Positions 30,370-40,507 of a DNA stretch of 64,000 bases are shown here, piece by piece (within the stretch, counting starts at the first letter, position 1; each line of letters begins with the position of its first letter). Where the stretch lies: NCBI GenBank assembly GCA_041398345.1, contig JAWKUY010000004.1:125026-189025 (forward strand), read 5' to 3'. Position numbers and translations under genes: made by a program. The notes beneath the pieces were generated by a model. It was not told where the DNA came from, did no database searches, and was given only the letters and a program-made list of their open reading frames with translations. This DNA is from Hyphomonadaceae bacterium. GTDB lineage: Bacteria > Pseudomonadota > Alphaproteobacteria > Caulobacterales > Aquidulcibacteraceae.

Positions 30370-31248
30370 TTAGGCGGCGTTCTTGCGGCGCGTCAGCGCG
30401 GCATAATCGTGGACCATCTGTTCGCAAATCGCCGCCGGTTTGAATGGAAGGCCTGCGATTTCTCGGATCGGCGTAACTTCTGCCGCCGAGCCGGTCAGGA
30501 ACGCTTCCTCGAACGTCGCCAATTCATTGGGAAAGATCGCGCGCTCGATGACCTCGATCCCGCGGCTGCGTGCAAGTCCAATGATTGTCTGACGCGTGAT
30601 GCCGTTCAGGAAACAATCCGGCGTCGGGGTATGCAACACACCATCGCGCGCAAAGAAGATGTTGGCGCCGGTGGCCTCCGCAATCTGGCCCCGCCAGTCG
30701 AACATCAGCGCGTCATCAAAGCCGCTGTCGGTGGCGGCGTGGCGCGAGAGCGTGCAGATCATGTAAAGGCCGGCCGCTTTCGCGTTCGCGGGCGCTGTAT
30801 CGGGCGCAGGACGCCGCCACGGCGCGATCATCAGGCGGATGCCCTTCATGCGATCGGCGAAATAGTCGCCCCAGAGCCAGGATGCGACAGCGACGTGGAC
30901 ATCGTCACGCTTGGCGGAGACGCCCATCTGCTCGGAGCCGCGCCATGCCACCGCACGGACATAGCAATCGGGCATGTCCTGTTTGAGGATCAGCTCAGCT
31001 TTGACGCGATCAAGTTCCTCTACGCTGTACGGCAGCGAGAAGCCGAGAATGCGCGCAGACTGACGTAACCGCTCGCTGTGCTCGCGGCTCTTGAAGACTG
31101 TGCCGCCATAAGCGCGCTCGCCTTCGAACACAGCAGAAGCATAGTGCATGGCGTGGGTGAGCACATGCATCTTGGCGTCGCGATGGGAGACGAATTCTCC
31201 GTCCAGCCAAATCCAGCCGTCGCGATCGTCAAAGGCCTGCGCCGCCAT
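30370..31248 (-). CDS. ilvE: Branched-chain amino acid aminotransferase
   Basis: HYASAVFEG, KAAGLY, EATGANIF, LNGITR, GSAAEVTP. Confidence 0.9.
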   Translation of the reverse strand: MAAQAFDDRDGWIWLDGEFVSHRDAKMHVLTHAMHYASAVFEGERAYGGTVFKSREHSERLRQSARILGFSLPYSVEELDRVKAELILKQDMPDCYVRAVAWRGSEQMGVSAKRDDVHVAVASWLWGDYFADRMKGIRLMIAPWRRPAPDTAPANAKAAGLYMICTLSRHAATDSGFDDALMFDWRGQIAEATGANIFFARDGVLHTPTPDCFLNGITRQTIIGLARSRGIEVIERAIFPNELATFEEAFLTGSAAEVTPIREIAGLPFKPAAICEQMVHDYAALTRRKNAA

Positions 31249-31454
31249 GGGCTCCTCCTGCTATATTGGTCTTGCGGCGCGGCCCGCTCTGATGGAATGG
31301 TCCGCGCCGATTGAGGCTTATTTTCTAGGTTGTTGGTTTCACGCGGCATGTCTGTCAATCGATTGCCAGGAACTCCGGTAATATTTACCCTCAATTGCCG
31401 TCTTCCATGGATATTTTGTTCTCACCACCGTCTGTGCCGGACGGATTGGCGCAT

Positions 31455-32154
31455 ATGAACACCGCGCCCGCCTTCGACGCGCTCGGCCGGCCGCCGCACC
31501 TGCTGCTGGTGGATGACGACGACCGCATTCGCGAACTGCTTAAGCGCTACCTTGCGGGCGCCGGCGCCAGGGTGTCAGCCGCGGCCGACGCCGCCTCAGC
31601 GCGCCGGCTCCTCGATGGAATGGATTTCGACCTGCTCATTCTCGACGTCACGATGCCGGTGGAAGACGGTTTCTCGCTCGCCGAAAGCGTGCGCAGGACA
31701 TCCAAGGTGCCGATTGTGCTGCTCACGGCGCGCGGCATGCCGGAGGACCGCATCCGCGGGCTCTCGATCGGCGCCGACGACTACGTCGCCAAGCCGTTCG
31801 AACCCGCCGAACTCGCGCTTCGCATCAACGCCATTCTGCGCCGGACGGTGAGCACGCGGGGCGAGCCTGCCGAAATCATCACATTTGGCCCGTTCGCCTT
31901 CAACGGCGCGCGCGGGGAACTCACCCGCGAAGGCGCGCCCGTGCGGCTGACAGAAGCGGAAGTCGCGATGTTGCGCATCTTGGCCGCGCCCAGGCGACGT
32001 GATCGGCCAGCCGGGAGGAGCTGGCCAGCGCACCAGCCGTGCTCGAACGCTCAGTGGACAGTCACGCGGTTGCGCCGCAAGACGAGCTGATCCGCGCGCG
32101 CCCATCTATCTGCAGACGGTGCGCGGCGTCGGCTATAAGCTGGCGGCCGATTGA
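31455..32154 (+). pseudogene. OmpR-family response regulator, frameshifted in the winged helix (probably sequencing error)
   Basis: LLVDDD, LILDV, GADDYVAKPF; the C-terminal YLQTVRGVGYKL appears in another frame ending at TGA 32154. Confidence 0.8.
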
Positions 32155-33482
32155 TGCCCAAACGCTTCCGGTTTCGCGACTTTCTCCCCAAGGGGCTGTA
32201 CTGGCGCACGCTGCTGATCATCGTGGCCCCTGCCGCGATGTTACTGCAGCTCATTATCACGCTGGTGTTCTTGGACGACCAGTGGCAAGCGACTTCCCGA
32301 AGCGCATGAGCCAAGGCGTCGCCGCCGATGTCGCGCTCGTTCTTCAACTTTATGAGCGCGATCCAACGCCGGAAAACCTCGCAGCGCTGCGCGATTATGC
32401 GATGCGGCCGCTGCGGCTTGAAATAGAGCTGCAACGCGGGCGCGCCGCTGGCGATTGCGCGCTGCAGCGCAGTGAAACTCGACGCTCGATCGATACCTGC
32501 TGCGCTCGCTGCAGGGACGTCAATCGCGACGTCTGGTACGATTCCACCTGCCCCGGCTCGCAAGTGATTGTTATCGCGTGCCGACCCAGGACGGCGTGCC
32601 AGCTCAAAGCCTACCACCGGGACCGGGTGCAGGCGCTCGCGGGCCCGCTGTTCGTAGCCTGGATCATGGGCGCGACGATGTTCCTGATCGTCACGTCGAT
32701 CATCTTCATTCGCAATCAGGTGCGCCCCATCGAAGCTGGCTGACGCCATGGAGCGCTTTGGGCGCGGCGGATTCCGGCTGGTTTCGCGTCGCGGCGCGCG
32801 AACAGCCGCGCGCTTGCGTTTCACGACATGCGTGACCGCATCAAGCGTCACATCGAGCAGCGCTCGCAATTGCTGGCGGGGGTCAGTCACGATTTGCGCA
32901 CGCCGCTGACGCGGCTGAAGCTCCAGCTGGCGATGATGCCGCAATCTCCGGAAATCGAGGACGCCAAGCGCGATCTCGCCGAGATGGAGCAGACGCTTGA
33001 GGAATATCTCGCGTTCGCCAAGGGGCTGACGGAGGAAGCGCCAGAGCAAGTCGATATCGGGGCGCTGGTCCGCGAAATCGTCGCCGACAACGTGCGCAGC
33101 GGCGCCGACGATGGCGGTGGAGACTTCCGCCCAGGTGACGACGCCGGGGCGCGCGCGCGCCGCTCTTCAAGCGCTGCCTCGCCAATCTCATCGACAATGC
33201 CGCGGCCCATGGCGACAAGGTGCGGGTCTCCATCGCCAGCACGCCGGAGGTTGTCACGGTCGCCGTCGACGACAATGGCCCGGGCATGCCCGAAGAACTC
33301 TACGAAGAGGCGTTCCGCCCCTTCTCGCCTCGATCCAAACCCGCTCCCGCAATCAGAAAGGCGTAGGGCTCGGCCTGGCCATCGCGCGCGACGTGGCGCG
33401 CAGCCATGGCGGCGACATTCCTCCAGCCGCAGCGCGCTTGGCGAATGCGTGCAGCCATACTCGCATCCCACGGCCAGCCTAA
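32154..33482 (+). pseudogene. EnvZ-like sensor histidine kinase, multiply frameshifted (probably sequencing error)
   Basis: MPKRFRFRDFLPKGLYWRTLLII start, VSHDLRTPLTRL H-box, NLIDNA, DDNGPG and GVGLGLAIARD in different frames. Confidence 0.8.
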
Positions 33483-33569
33483 GGTTTGTGAGTAAGGCTG
33501 GCATTGCCGGGCCGCGGCGGGCTGCGGCGAGGTTGGCGCTGCGCCTCAGGGCGGCGTATAGGACATCCG

Positions 33570-34899
33570 ATGGACGATATCGGCGAGCGCGACTGGTCCC
33601 GGGCGAGGATTTGCATCGACTTTGGCTGCGCGCTGTCAAAGGCGAGCATTGCCTTGACCCCACCCTGCCGGCTCGAGGTCGGCGTCGAAGCCGCTTCCAA
33701 TCGGGGCGATATCGAGCGCCGAGCAGCATCGCTGCTGACGCCTTCGGTGCTCTATGTCGATGCGGGCGCCTCTATTTGGCCCGGCTGCGCCCGGAAACGC
33801 GCCCGCCGCGGCATCGAGGACGCACGCGATCCGTGCCATACTGTCCATTCAAGACGGTGCTGGGATCGCCACGAATGTTGAAGCGCTGGTCGCAAGCCCG
33901 TCCTTCCATGGATCCGACCGGCACGTTCCGTCAGCGTGACGCGTTGGTGCTCTATCTCGCCTATCTCGCGACCAGCTGATCCGCGAGGCTGTTGAACTGG
34001 CGCCTAACATGCCGCGCGGGGTCGCCAATGCGCGGCGCCGCTATACGAGCGGTATGGCGGCGCGGCGGCAATGTGGATTTGGCGTTCGAAGCCATCTTCA
34101 ACAAGGGCGCTGCGATTTCTTCGCCGCAAAGCTGTTCCTTGAACAGCAGGAAGGCATTTCTATCGCCCAGTGCGCCGGATGCGCTCAATCGTGCAGCCGC
34201 TTCGCCCGGTAGCGGCAATTCTCCTCGAGACGGGCGATGTTTGAACTCCGCGGCTGTTGCATCGTTGTCACCGCCGCGTGGCGGTCAGTGTCGACATCGG
34301 CGCCGGCACCACCGACATCGCCGCGTTCGATTTTGACGAGCCTCAGCCTTGAGCGAAATCGAAAGCGAAGCGCGCCAATGCAGTGCGCTGGCGGGCGATG
34401 AGGTTGATCGCATTCTCATCCAGGCTCATGCTGCGCAAGATCGGCGGCGGTAACGTGCAGGGAAGACGCCAAGACCTTGCGCGCCGCGCGCCCTCACCGC
34501 GCGCGACCTCAAGAAAGACATTTTCAGGCACGGGAAGTGCACGCTCAAAATGGGCTGGCGCACGATCAACCTCATCGGCGCGAAGAGCTACAGACGACCC
34601 CAATTTCACACACGCACGTACCACCAGGCCGCTCTGGGCCAGACTATCGCCATGACACCGCACGCGCCGTCGCAGCGCGTGCGCGCGGCGCCGACACCAT
34701 CGACATCGTGCTGGCCGGGCGGCGCGCATCTTCCACCTTGGCGCAGCTCGCAGCTTGCCGGCAACCCGGCGTGGCCCGGGGCCTGAAGCTGCGCATAAGC
34801 GCGCTGTACCAACCCCTCTACACCAGCGTTGATGTCTCGCTCCGCGATGTCTTCCCGCAGATTTCGATGTCCGTCAGCGGCATGCCCTTGTCGAGATGA
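33570..34899 (+). pseudogene. Hsp70/actin-fold ATPase-like protein, multiply frameshifted
   Basis: Fragments RICIDFG.ALSKAS (phosphate-1), VDIGAGTTD (phosphate-2), AGDEVDR and IVLAG scattered over three frames. Confidence 0.55.
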
Positions 34900-34950
34900 T
34901 GCCCGCGCGCCTGCACAGCGCCCGCGCGCCGCCAGCCGCTCTGTGGTTTC

Positions 34951-36375
34951 TCAAGGCGCCCCGTGCTCGGTTGGCGTAGGCATGCGGTTGTAGGCGTCCA
35001 GAGCCGCGATCTTGTAGGCTTCAGCGAGCGTTGGATAGTTGAAGGTGTTCTCGACGAAATAGTCGAGCCCGCCGCCAAGATTGAGCACCGCCTGGCCGAT
35101 ATGAATGAGTTCGGTCGCGCCCTCGCCCACGATGTGCACGCCCAGGAGGCGGCGCGTCTCCAGCGCAAAGATCATTTCATGAAGCCGGAATTGAGGCCCA
35201 TGATGGCCGCGCGACGTTTCGCGGAAACGGGCGATGCCGGTCTCGTAGGGGATCGCCTTCTCCGCGCACCTGCTCTTCGGTCGCCTTACGGTCGAGATTT
35301 CAGGCACCGAATATATGCCATAGGGGAAGATTCCGGCGGCGTGCGCGGCCTCTCAGCGTGGCAAGCCGCGATGCGCCCTGCTCCATTATGAGGTGGACGC
35401 AAGGCTCGGAAAGCCCACGACATCTCCACCGTAGATGTGATCGACCTTCGTCCGGAATGTCGCCTTGTCCGCTGATGCGGCCGCGCGCTCATCGGCGTGC
35501 AGCCCGCCGCTGCGAGGTTGAGCGATGCGGTCGAACCCGTGCGTCCGGCCGCGAACAAAACCATGTCAGCGGCGATCTGGCGGTGATCTTCAAGCTGCAG
35601 CACGCGAGCGCCGATCTTTTCAACGCTCTTGGCCTTGCTTTGGAACCTGAGGCTCACGCCGCGATCGCGCAGATGGTGGATGGTCAGCATCCACCAATTC
35701 CCGGTCGACAAAGCCCAGCAGGCTCTCGCCCGGCTCCACCACGTCACCTTCACATCCCGGGGCCGAGAAGATGGTGGCGTACTCAATGCCGATCACGCTC
35801 GCGCGCCGATAACGGCGGCAAGCGAACGCGGCAGCCGGCAGAGATCGAGGATTTCGTCAGCATCGACGACGCTCTCGCCGTCAAACGGAATATGGGCGGG
35901 CCGATAGGGCTGGGTCAAACCGCCAAAATGACGCGCTCGCCGTGATGAGCCAGGTGGCGCACGTCCCCGTTCTCGCTGGTGACTTCGATGGCATGCGGCC
36001 CAGAAAGCGCGCGCGCGCCGCGCCATACCAGACCACCTGGTTGCGCGCACCAACTGATGCTCCAACACCTCCACCTCGCGCCGGTCGAGCGTGATCTGCA
36101 AGCGCCAGCGCAAATCCTCGGCGGCCAATGTCACTCCTTGGTGTTGCGATGCACGCGCGCCCATAGAAGCCCCGCTCGCGACCAGCCGACAGGTTGAGCC
36201 TGGTTTCGCGCGCAGGGTTTTCGACAGGGTTGTTCCGGTGTGGACACAAACGCCGCCGACTTGGCATGGCCGCGCTCGATGACGAGCACGCTCTTCTTGA
36301 ACTTGGCTGCCCTGCACGGCCGCGCCGCCCGGCGGGGCCGGAGCCAATGACGATGAGATCGAAATGCTGCGCCAT
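34951..36375 (-). pseudogene. sthA: Soluble pyridine nucleotide transhydrogenase, multiply frameshifted (probably sequencing error)
   Basis: MAQHFDLIVIGSGPAG, GGVCVHTGT, GEGATELIHIGQ, TFNYPTLAEAYKIAALDA. Confidence 0.85.
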
Positions 36376-36399
36376 GGCGGGATGCTTGGGCCACACCGC

Positions 36400-36645
36400 T
36401 CGCCAGAAGCCGTTGCTGCTTGGCGCCGGCGCAAACGTGAAGCTGGCCAGCTTGCGGCCGAGATCGGTGGCGGCGTGGGACCAGCCGGTGTTCAAGCGTG
36501 CGAGTTCGGGCAGCCACCAGTTCGTCGTATTGGATCGCCGCCATCGCCAGCACCATAAGGCCGCCCCCGCCAGCGCGCGCCGTTGCGCGTCAAGCACCGC
36601 GCACGCGTGTCCTTTGCTCAGTCGATTGAGAGCAGCAGTGAGCAT
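36400..36645 (-). CDS. Small hypothetical protein, probably frameshifted; 3' end uncertain
   Basis: AGAGG RBS before ATG 36645; fragments MLTAALNRLSK / MVLAMAAIQYDELVAAR / DLGRKLASF in alternating frames. Confidence 0.35.
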
Positions 36646-36742
36646 GGACGCCTCTGGCTAATGCGCGTCACTTTGCGCGCGAAGCGTAAACAAGTGCTCA
36701 CCAAAAGGTTTACGCAAGCGCGCAGCGCACTCCAAGTGCAGT

Positions 36743-37075
36743 TCAGGGTGCGCGGATGACGAAGCGCTTCTTCATTGGCGCAATCACGCGCCATACCCCC
36801 GAAAAGCCCGGCTCAATGATGAAGCTGTCGCCTGCCGCAAAGCGGCGGACATCGCCATCGTCGCCCGCGAGTTCGCACTCGCCTTCGAGCATGTGGCAAA
36901 ACTCCCACTCGTCGTAGCGCACGCGCCACGCGCCGGCTGACCATTCGCCGGCGAACATGCCGTCCTTCTCGTAATCAAGCCGCGTTTCCGTAACCGGCGC
37001 GCCCTCGACGAGGCGATCGGCCGCGATCGCTTCAACCTCCGCCGGGCCGCCGCCGAGAGCGCGGATTTTGCTCAT
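36743..37075 (-). CDS. Cupin (DUF861-like)
   Basis: GEW..GAWRV.YDEWEFCHMLEG, GDSFIIEPGFSGVW. Confidence 0.85.
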   Translation of the reverse strand: MSKIRALGGGPAEVEAIAADRLVEGAPVTETRLDYEKDGMFAGEWSAGAWRVRYDEWEFCHMLEGECELAGDDGDVRRFAAGDSFIIEPGFSGVWRVIAPMKKRFVIRAP

Positions 37076-37683
37076 GCCGAAGCAGCGTCGTCCGGCTTCG
37101 CCTTGGCCTCAAATCCGGCCCAGCGGCCAAACATTTCCTCCGCGCGGCGCAGGTTCTTGTCGAGCGAGGCCATGGTCTTGGCGAAATCGCCCGCATCGTC
37201 GCCGCGCCATGCCGCGCGCGCCTGCCCGACGATGACGCCCAATCCTTGCGCGCGCGCTTGGCCGGTCATGCCGTCCGCTTCAAGCCCGGCCAGCGCCAGC
37301 ACCCAGCGCGCGCAGCGCACGTGGCGCTGATGGGCAGCCGCCATCAGCGTCGGGTCGCGGTCCTGGCCGTGCTCCATCGCCATCACCGCAGCGCGATGGG
37401 GCTCCATCGCCTCGAAGCGGCGCATGATCAGTTCAAACAGCCGGTCACGCACGCTCTGCGTGGGATCGAGCTGGTCGAGATTGTCGCCGATGGCGCGATC
37501 GAACGCTTCCTCCACGCAATCCACGGCCTCGCCGGGACTGGCGCCATAATAATCGGTGACCGGGCGGCTGGCGGCGTCGGCGAGCTTGACCAAAGTCACC
37601 TCGCGCCAAGGCGTGGACGAAGCCAGGGAAAGCGCGGCGCGCGCCAGGTCGCGGCGCATGGCGGGATCAGTGAGTGCTGACAT
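37072..37683 (-). CDS. TetR-like HTH protein
   Basis: Degenerate N-terminal HTH, RDRLFELIMRRFEA, TMASLD; sits downstream of proC. Confidence 0.7.
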   Translation of the reverse strand: MSALTDPAMRRDLARAALSLASSTPWREVTLVKLADAASRPVTDYYGASPGEAVDCVEEAFDRAIGDNLDQLDPTQSVRDRLFELIMRRFEAMEPHRAAVMAMEHGQDRDPTLMAAAHQRHVRCARWVLALAGLEADGMTGQARAQGLGVIVGQARAAWRGDDAGDFAKTMASLDKNLRRAEEMFGRWAGFEAKAKPDDAASA

Positions 37684-37741
37684 AAATCCTTCGCGGGGCG
37701 AGCCTCAGACGCGCCGATCAAGGCCCGGCGCCGCGCGCGCG

Positions 37742-38563
37742 TCAAGCCTTGCCCAGATCGCGCGAGCGCTGCGCGGCAGCCGCGACGGCGCGGCGCAGCA
37801 GCGGGCCCAGGCCATCGGCGCTGGCGAGAATATCGAGCGCGGCCTCTGTGGTGCCGCCGGGCGACATCACCTGCTTGCGCAAGACGCTGGCGCTCTCACC
37901 GGTCTCCAGCATCAGCGCGCCAGCGCCCGCCACCGTCGCGTTGGCCAGGCGCACGGCGGTTTCCTTGTCGAGCCCTTCTTGCTCGGCCGCGGCGGCGAGC
38001 ACCTCTGCGAGCAGGAACACATAGGCAGGGCCCGAGCCAGACACCGCCGTTACGGCATCCAGCAGCCGTTCCGCCGTCAGCGGTTCGACAGCGCCCAACG
38101 GCGCCAGCAATTGCTCCACCAGGCGCTTGTCTTGCTCCGTACATGCAGGAGACGCCACATAGGCGGTCACGCCGCGCCCGATGCGCGCAGGCGTGTTCGG
38201 CACGCAGCGCACCACGCGCTGAGCGCCCAGTTCGCGCGAAAGCGTTTCGATGGGAATGCCGGCCATCACAGAAAGGATGCGCGTATCGGGACCAACGAAG
38301 CGGCGCGCGCCGGCGGCGGCGGCGGCGAACATTTGCGGCTTCACCGCCAGCACCACGACGTCCGCGGGCCCCGGATCGGGGGGATTAAGCACCGCCCCGG
38401 CTGCATCAAGTTCGCGCTCAAGTTCGGGATCGAAGTTTGGCTCGACGACTGTGAGCGTCAGCCCCCCGCCCTTGCGTACAGCTTCAAGCCAGCCGCGCAC
38501 GAGCGCCCCGCCCATGGCGCCGGCGCCGACCAGTGCAATGGACGGGGCTTCAAGATCGCTCAC
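37742..38563 (-). CDS. proC: Pyrroline-5-carboxylate reductase
   Basis: GAGAMG, LAVKPQ, PNTPA, SGSGPAY, SPGGTT. Confidence 0.95.
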   Translation of the reverse strand: MSDLEAPSIALVGAGAMGGALVRGWLEAVRKGGGLTLTVVEPNFDPELERELDAAGAVLNPPDPGPADVVVLAVKPQMFAAAAAGARRFVGPDTRILSVMAGIPIETLSRELGAQRVVRCVPNTPARIGRGVTAYVASPACTEQDKRLVEQLLAPLGAVEPLTAERLLDAVTAVSGSGPAYVFLLAEVLAAAAEQEGLDKETAVRLANATVAGAGALMLETGESASVLRKQVMSPGGTTEAALDILASADGLGPLLRRAVAAAAQRSRDLGKA

Positions 38564-39066
38564 GCTTCTCCGCAGGTCTCGAACAGAGCGGCCTGCGATG
38601 CGCTCTCGGCCGACATGCCGCCGAGAATAAGGAAATGAAACGCCGGCTGGAAGCGCTCTGCTGCATCAAGTGCGGCCGCCAGCATGGCCTGAATTTCACC
38701 GATCGAGATTTCATCGCGCCCGATCATCGGCATGGCGTGACGGAAAATGATCGTGCCGTCATCGGACCACACGTCGAAATGCCCAAGCCACAGATTTTCG
38801 TTGATCAGCCCCGCCAGGCGCACGGCCTCGACGCGCCGTGACACCGGCGCCTGAATGTCGAAGCCCAGCGTAAACAGCAGCGCGGGCAGTTCGTGCCGGT
38901 ACGAGAAATAGCCGACCGTCTCGCCCCACGAGCATTTGAACGAGAAATGAACATCGCCGTCCTCGGCGCGTTCACACTGGAAGCGGTCGTCGGAGCCGAT
39001 CACGGCCTCCACCGTCTCCATTGGGTCGGACGGCGCCTCAGCCTCGTCGTCGAGCCACAGATCCAT
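38560..39066 (-). CDS. YbjN domain protein
   Basis: INENLWLGHFDVW motif; conserved neighbour of proC in alphaproteobacteria. Confidence 0.85.
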   Translation of the reverse strand: MDLWLDDEAEAPSDPMETVEAVIGSDDRFQCERAEDGDVHFSFKCSWGETVGYFSYRHELPALLFTLGFDIQAPVSRRVEAVRLAGLINENLWLGHFDVWSDDGTIIFRHAMPMIGRDEISIGEIQAMLAAALDAAERFQPAFHFLILGGMSAESASQAALFETCGEA

Positions 39067-39224
39067 GAGCATCCCCTTCACGCTCAGGGGCCGCCGCGCG
39101 GCCGGAAGATCGTCACGTTCGCCCTTGGGATGCGCGCTTTGCGTCAACGCGTTCGAATCAGACCCCTGCGACTAGGGAACGCGGGAAAAGTTACCGGGGC
39201 ATTTACGCGGGCGCCGCAACACTT

Positions 39225-39845
39225 TCATGGCGTGCAACGCACCACCGCCTTGGCCCATTCAGCACCGCCGAGCGGGCGCCCGGTCGAGGAGGCGCGGCGC
39301 AACTTCTTCAGTGCTTCAGCGCCGACGTCCGTCTCAAAGAACCCGCCGAACCCACGTGGAAATCGCCGCAAAAGCGGCGGTGTACGCACAAGTGCGTCGT
39401 CACGCCCTGACAAATGCGCGCGCACACTGGACCAAGGCCACTCCTCTGCACGCGTGACGAGCCCAGCACGCACCGGATTGAGCCCGACATAGCGGCTGGC
39501 CTGCACGAAATAATCCTCGTCCATCGGATAAGAAGCAAAGCGCCCCTGCCAAAGATAGCCGCGCCAGCCCTCGCGCTTGTTCACCTCGAACGTATAGCGC
39601 CAGTGCAGCGGGGCGATTGCTGCGCGCAGGCCGGCCTCGCCTTTTGGTGTGAGAATGAGGTGAACGTGATTGGGCATGAGGCAATAGCCCCAGCACTCAA
39701 CCTCAGCCTTCGCGCACCATTCCGACGCAAGTTGCAAGTAGCGCAGATAATCGGCCTCACTGAAGAACGTGCGCTGGCGGCGATTGCCGCGTTGCGTGAC
39801 ATGATGAGGCGTGTTGGGCGCCACGATCCTGGCCAATCGCGCCAT
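39225..39845 (-). mobile_element. Y1 HUH transposase (REP-associated tyrosine transposase / IS200-superfamily)
   Basis: MARLAR..HHVTQRGNRRQ, CLMPNHVH (HUH), LWQGRF, RYVGLNPVRAGL (catalytic Tyr), WPWSS; own GGAG RBS. Confidence 0.9.
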
Positions 39846-39867
39846 TTCGCTTTCTCCCGCGCACAAT

Positions 39868-39882
39868 GTACACGTTTTGTTC
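39868..39882 (-). promoter_or_regulatory. Alphaproteobacterial LexA (SOS) box candidate
   Basis: GAAC-AAAACGT-GTAC on the minus strand (GAAC-N7-GTAC), 22 nt upstream of the transposase ATG. Confidence 0.55.
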
Positions 39883-39924
39883 CTCGGCGCAACAGCGTTC
39901 AAAAAGTGTGTGTCACCCTTTCCC

Positions 39925-40487
39925 TCGTCGATGTTGTTAATCCCCCGCAGATAGTTCGCATCAATACCCGCAATGCTCGTTACATTAGGGTTGGCGAGCG
40001 CTGCCTGCAATTCGACCGCACCGAATATCCTTCCTGGGTCCGCGCTTCCAACGAGAGTAGCTATCGGACCACTGAGAGAACCCACGAAACGCTGAGACGC
40101 TTGCCCCCAAAATGACGACGGTGTGTGCCCGGCGAATGACGCACCCCCCAAAAGTTCCCGCTGCAGCGCAGAATTGCCGTCGACGGCATCCAACAGAGCA
40201 TCCTTAAATGCTTGACTCGAAAGCAGCCGTCCCAGCGGCGTATCGTCAATTATCGCAACCTGCGGATTGTTGGTCGCGATGAGTCTTGCAATTTCGTCCG
40301 ACCCAAAAGGGCGGCCACTCGCCGACGTTCGAAATTCACCGCTGTACAGCACCCCCACCCTTCCCGTTGGAGCTCTTGCATCTGTCTGTTGGACCAGCGA
40401 TTCCAACTCCGCCAAACGCTGCTCCGACGGCAGACCATTAATTCGATCAAGCTCATCCAGCGCCTGCTGAAACGTCAAATTTGGCAT
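39925..40487 (-). CDS. ADP-ribosyl cyclase/NAD glycohydrolase-like (CD38-like) toxin domain, C-terminally truncated and in frame with the transposase
   Basis: VLYSG, IIDDTPLG, FWGQASQRF and FGAVE occur in the same order as CD38 LLWS, TLEDTLLG, FWKTVSRRF and FGSVE; lower GC than flanks. Confidence 0.6.
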
Positions 40488-40507
40488 CGTTTATCCCAAG
40501 CAATCGG

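Noticed and set aside
31990-36650. Programmed frameshifting, a DGR target or true pseudogenisation
   Set aside because: Too many scattered indels in unrelated genes; no reverse transcriptase, template repeat or consistent slippery site. Sequence error is more parsimonious.
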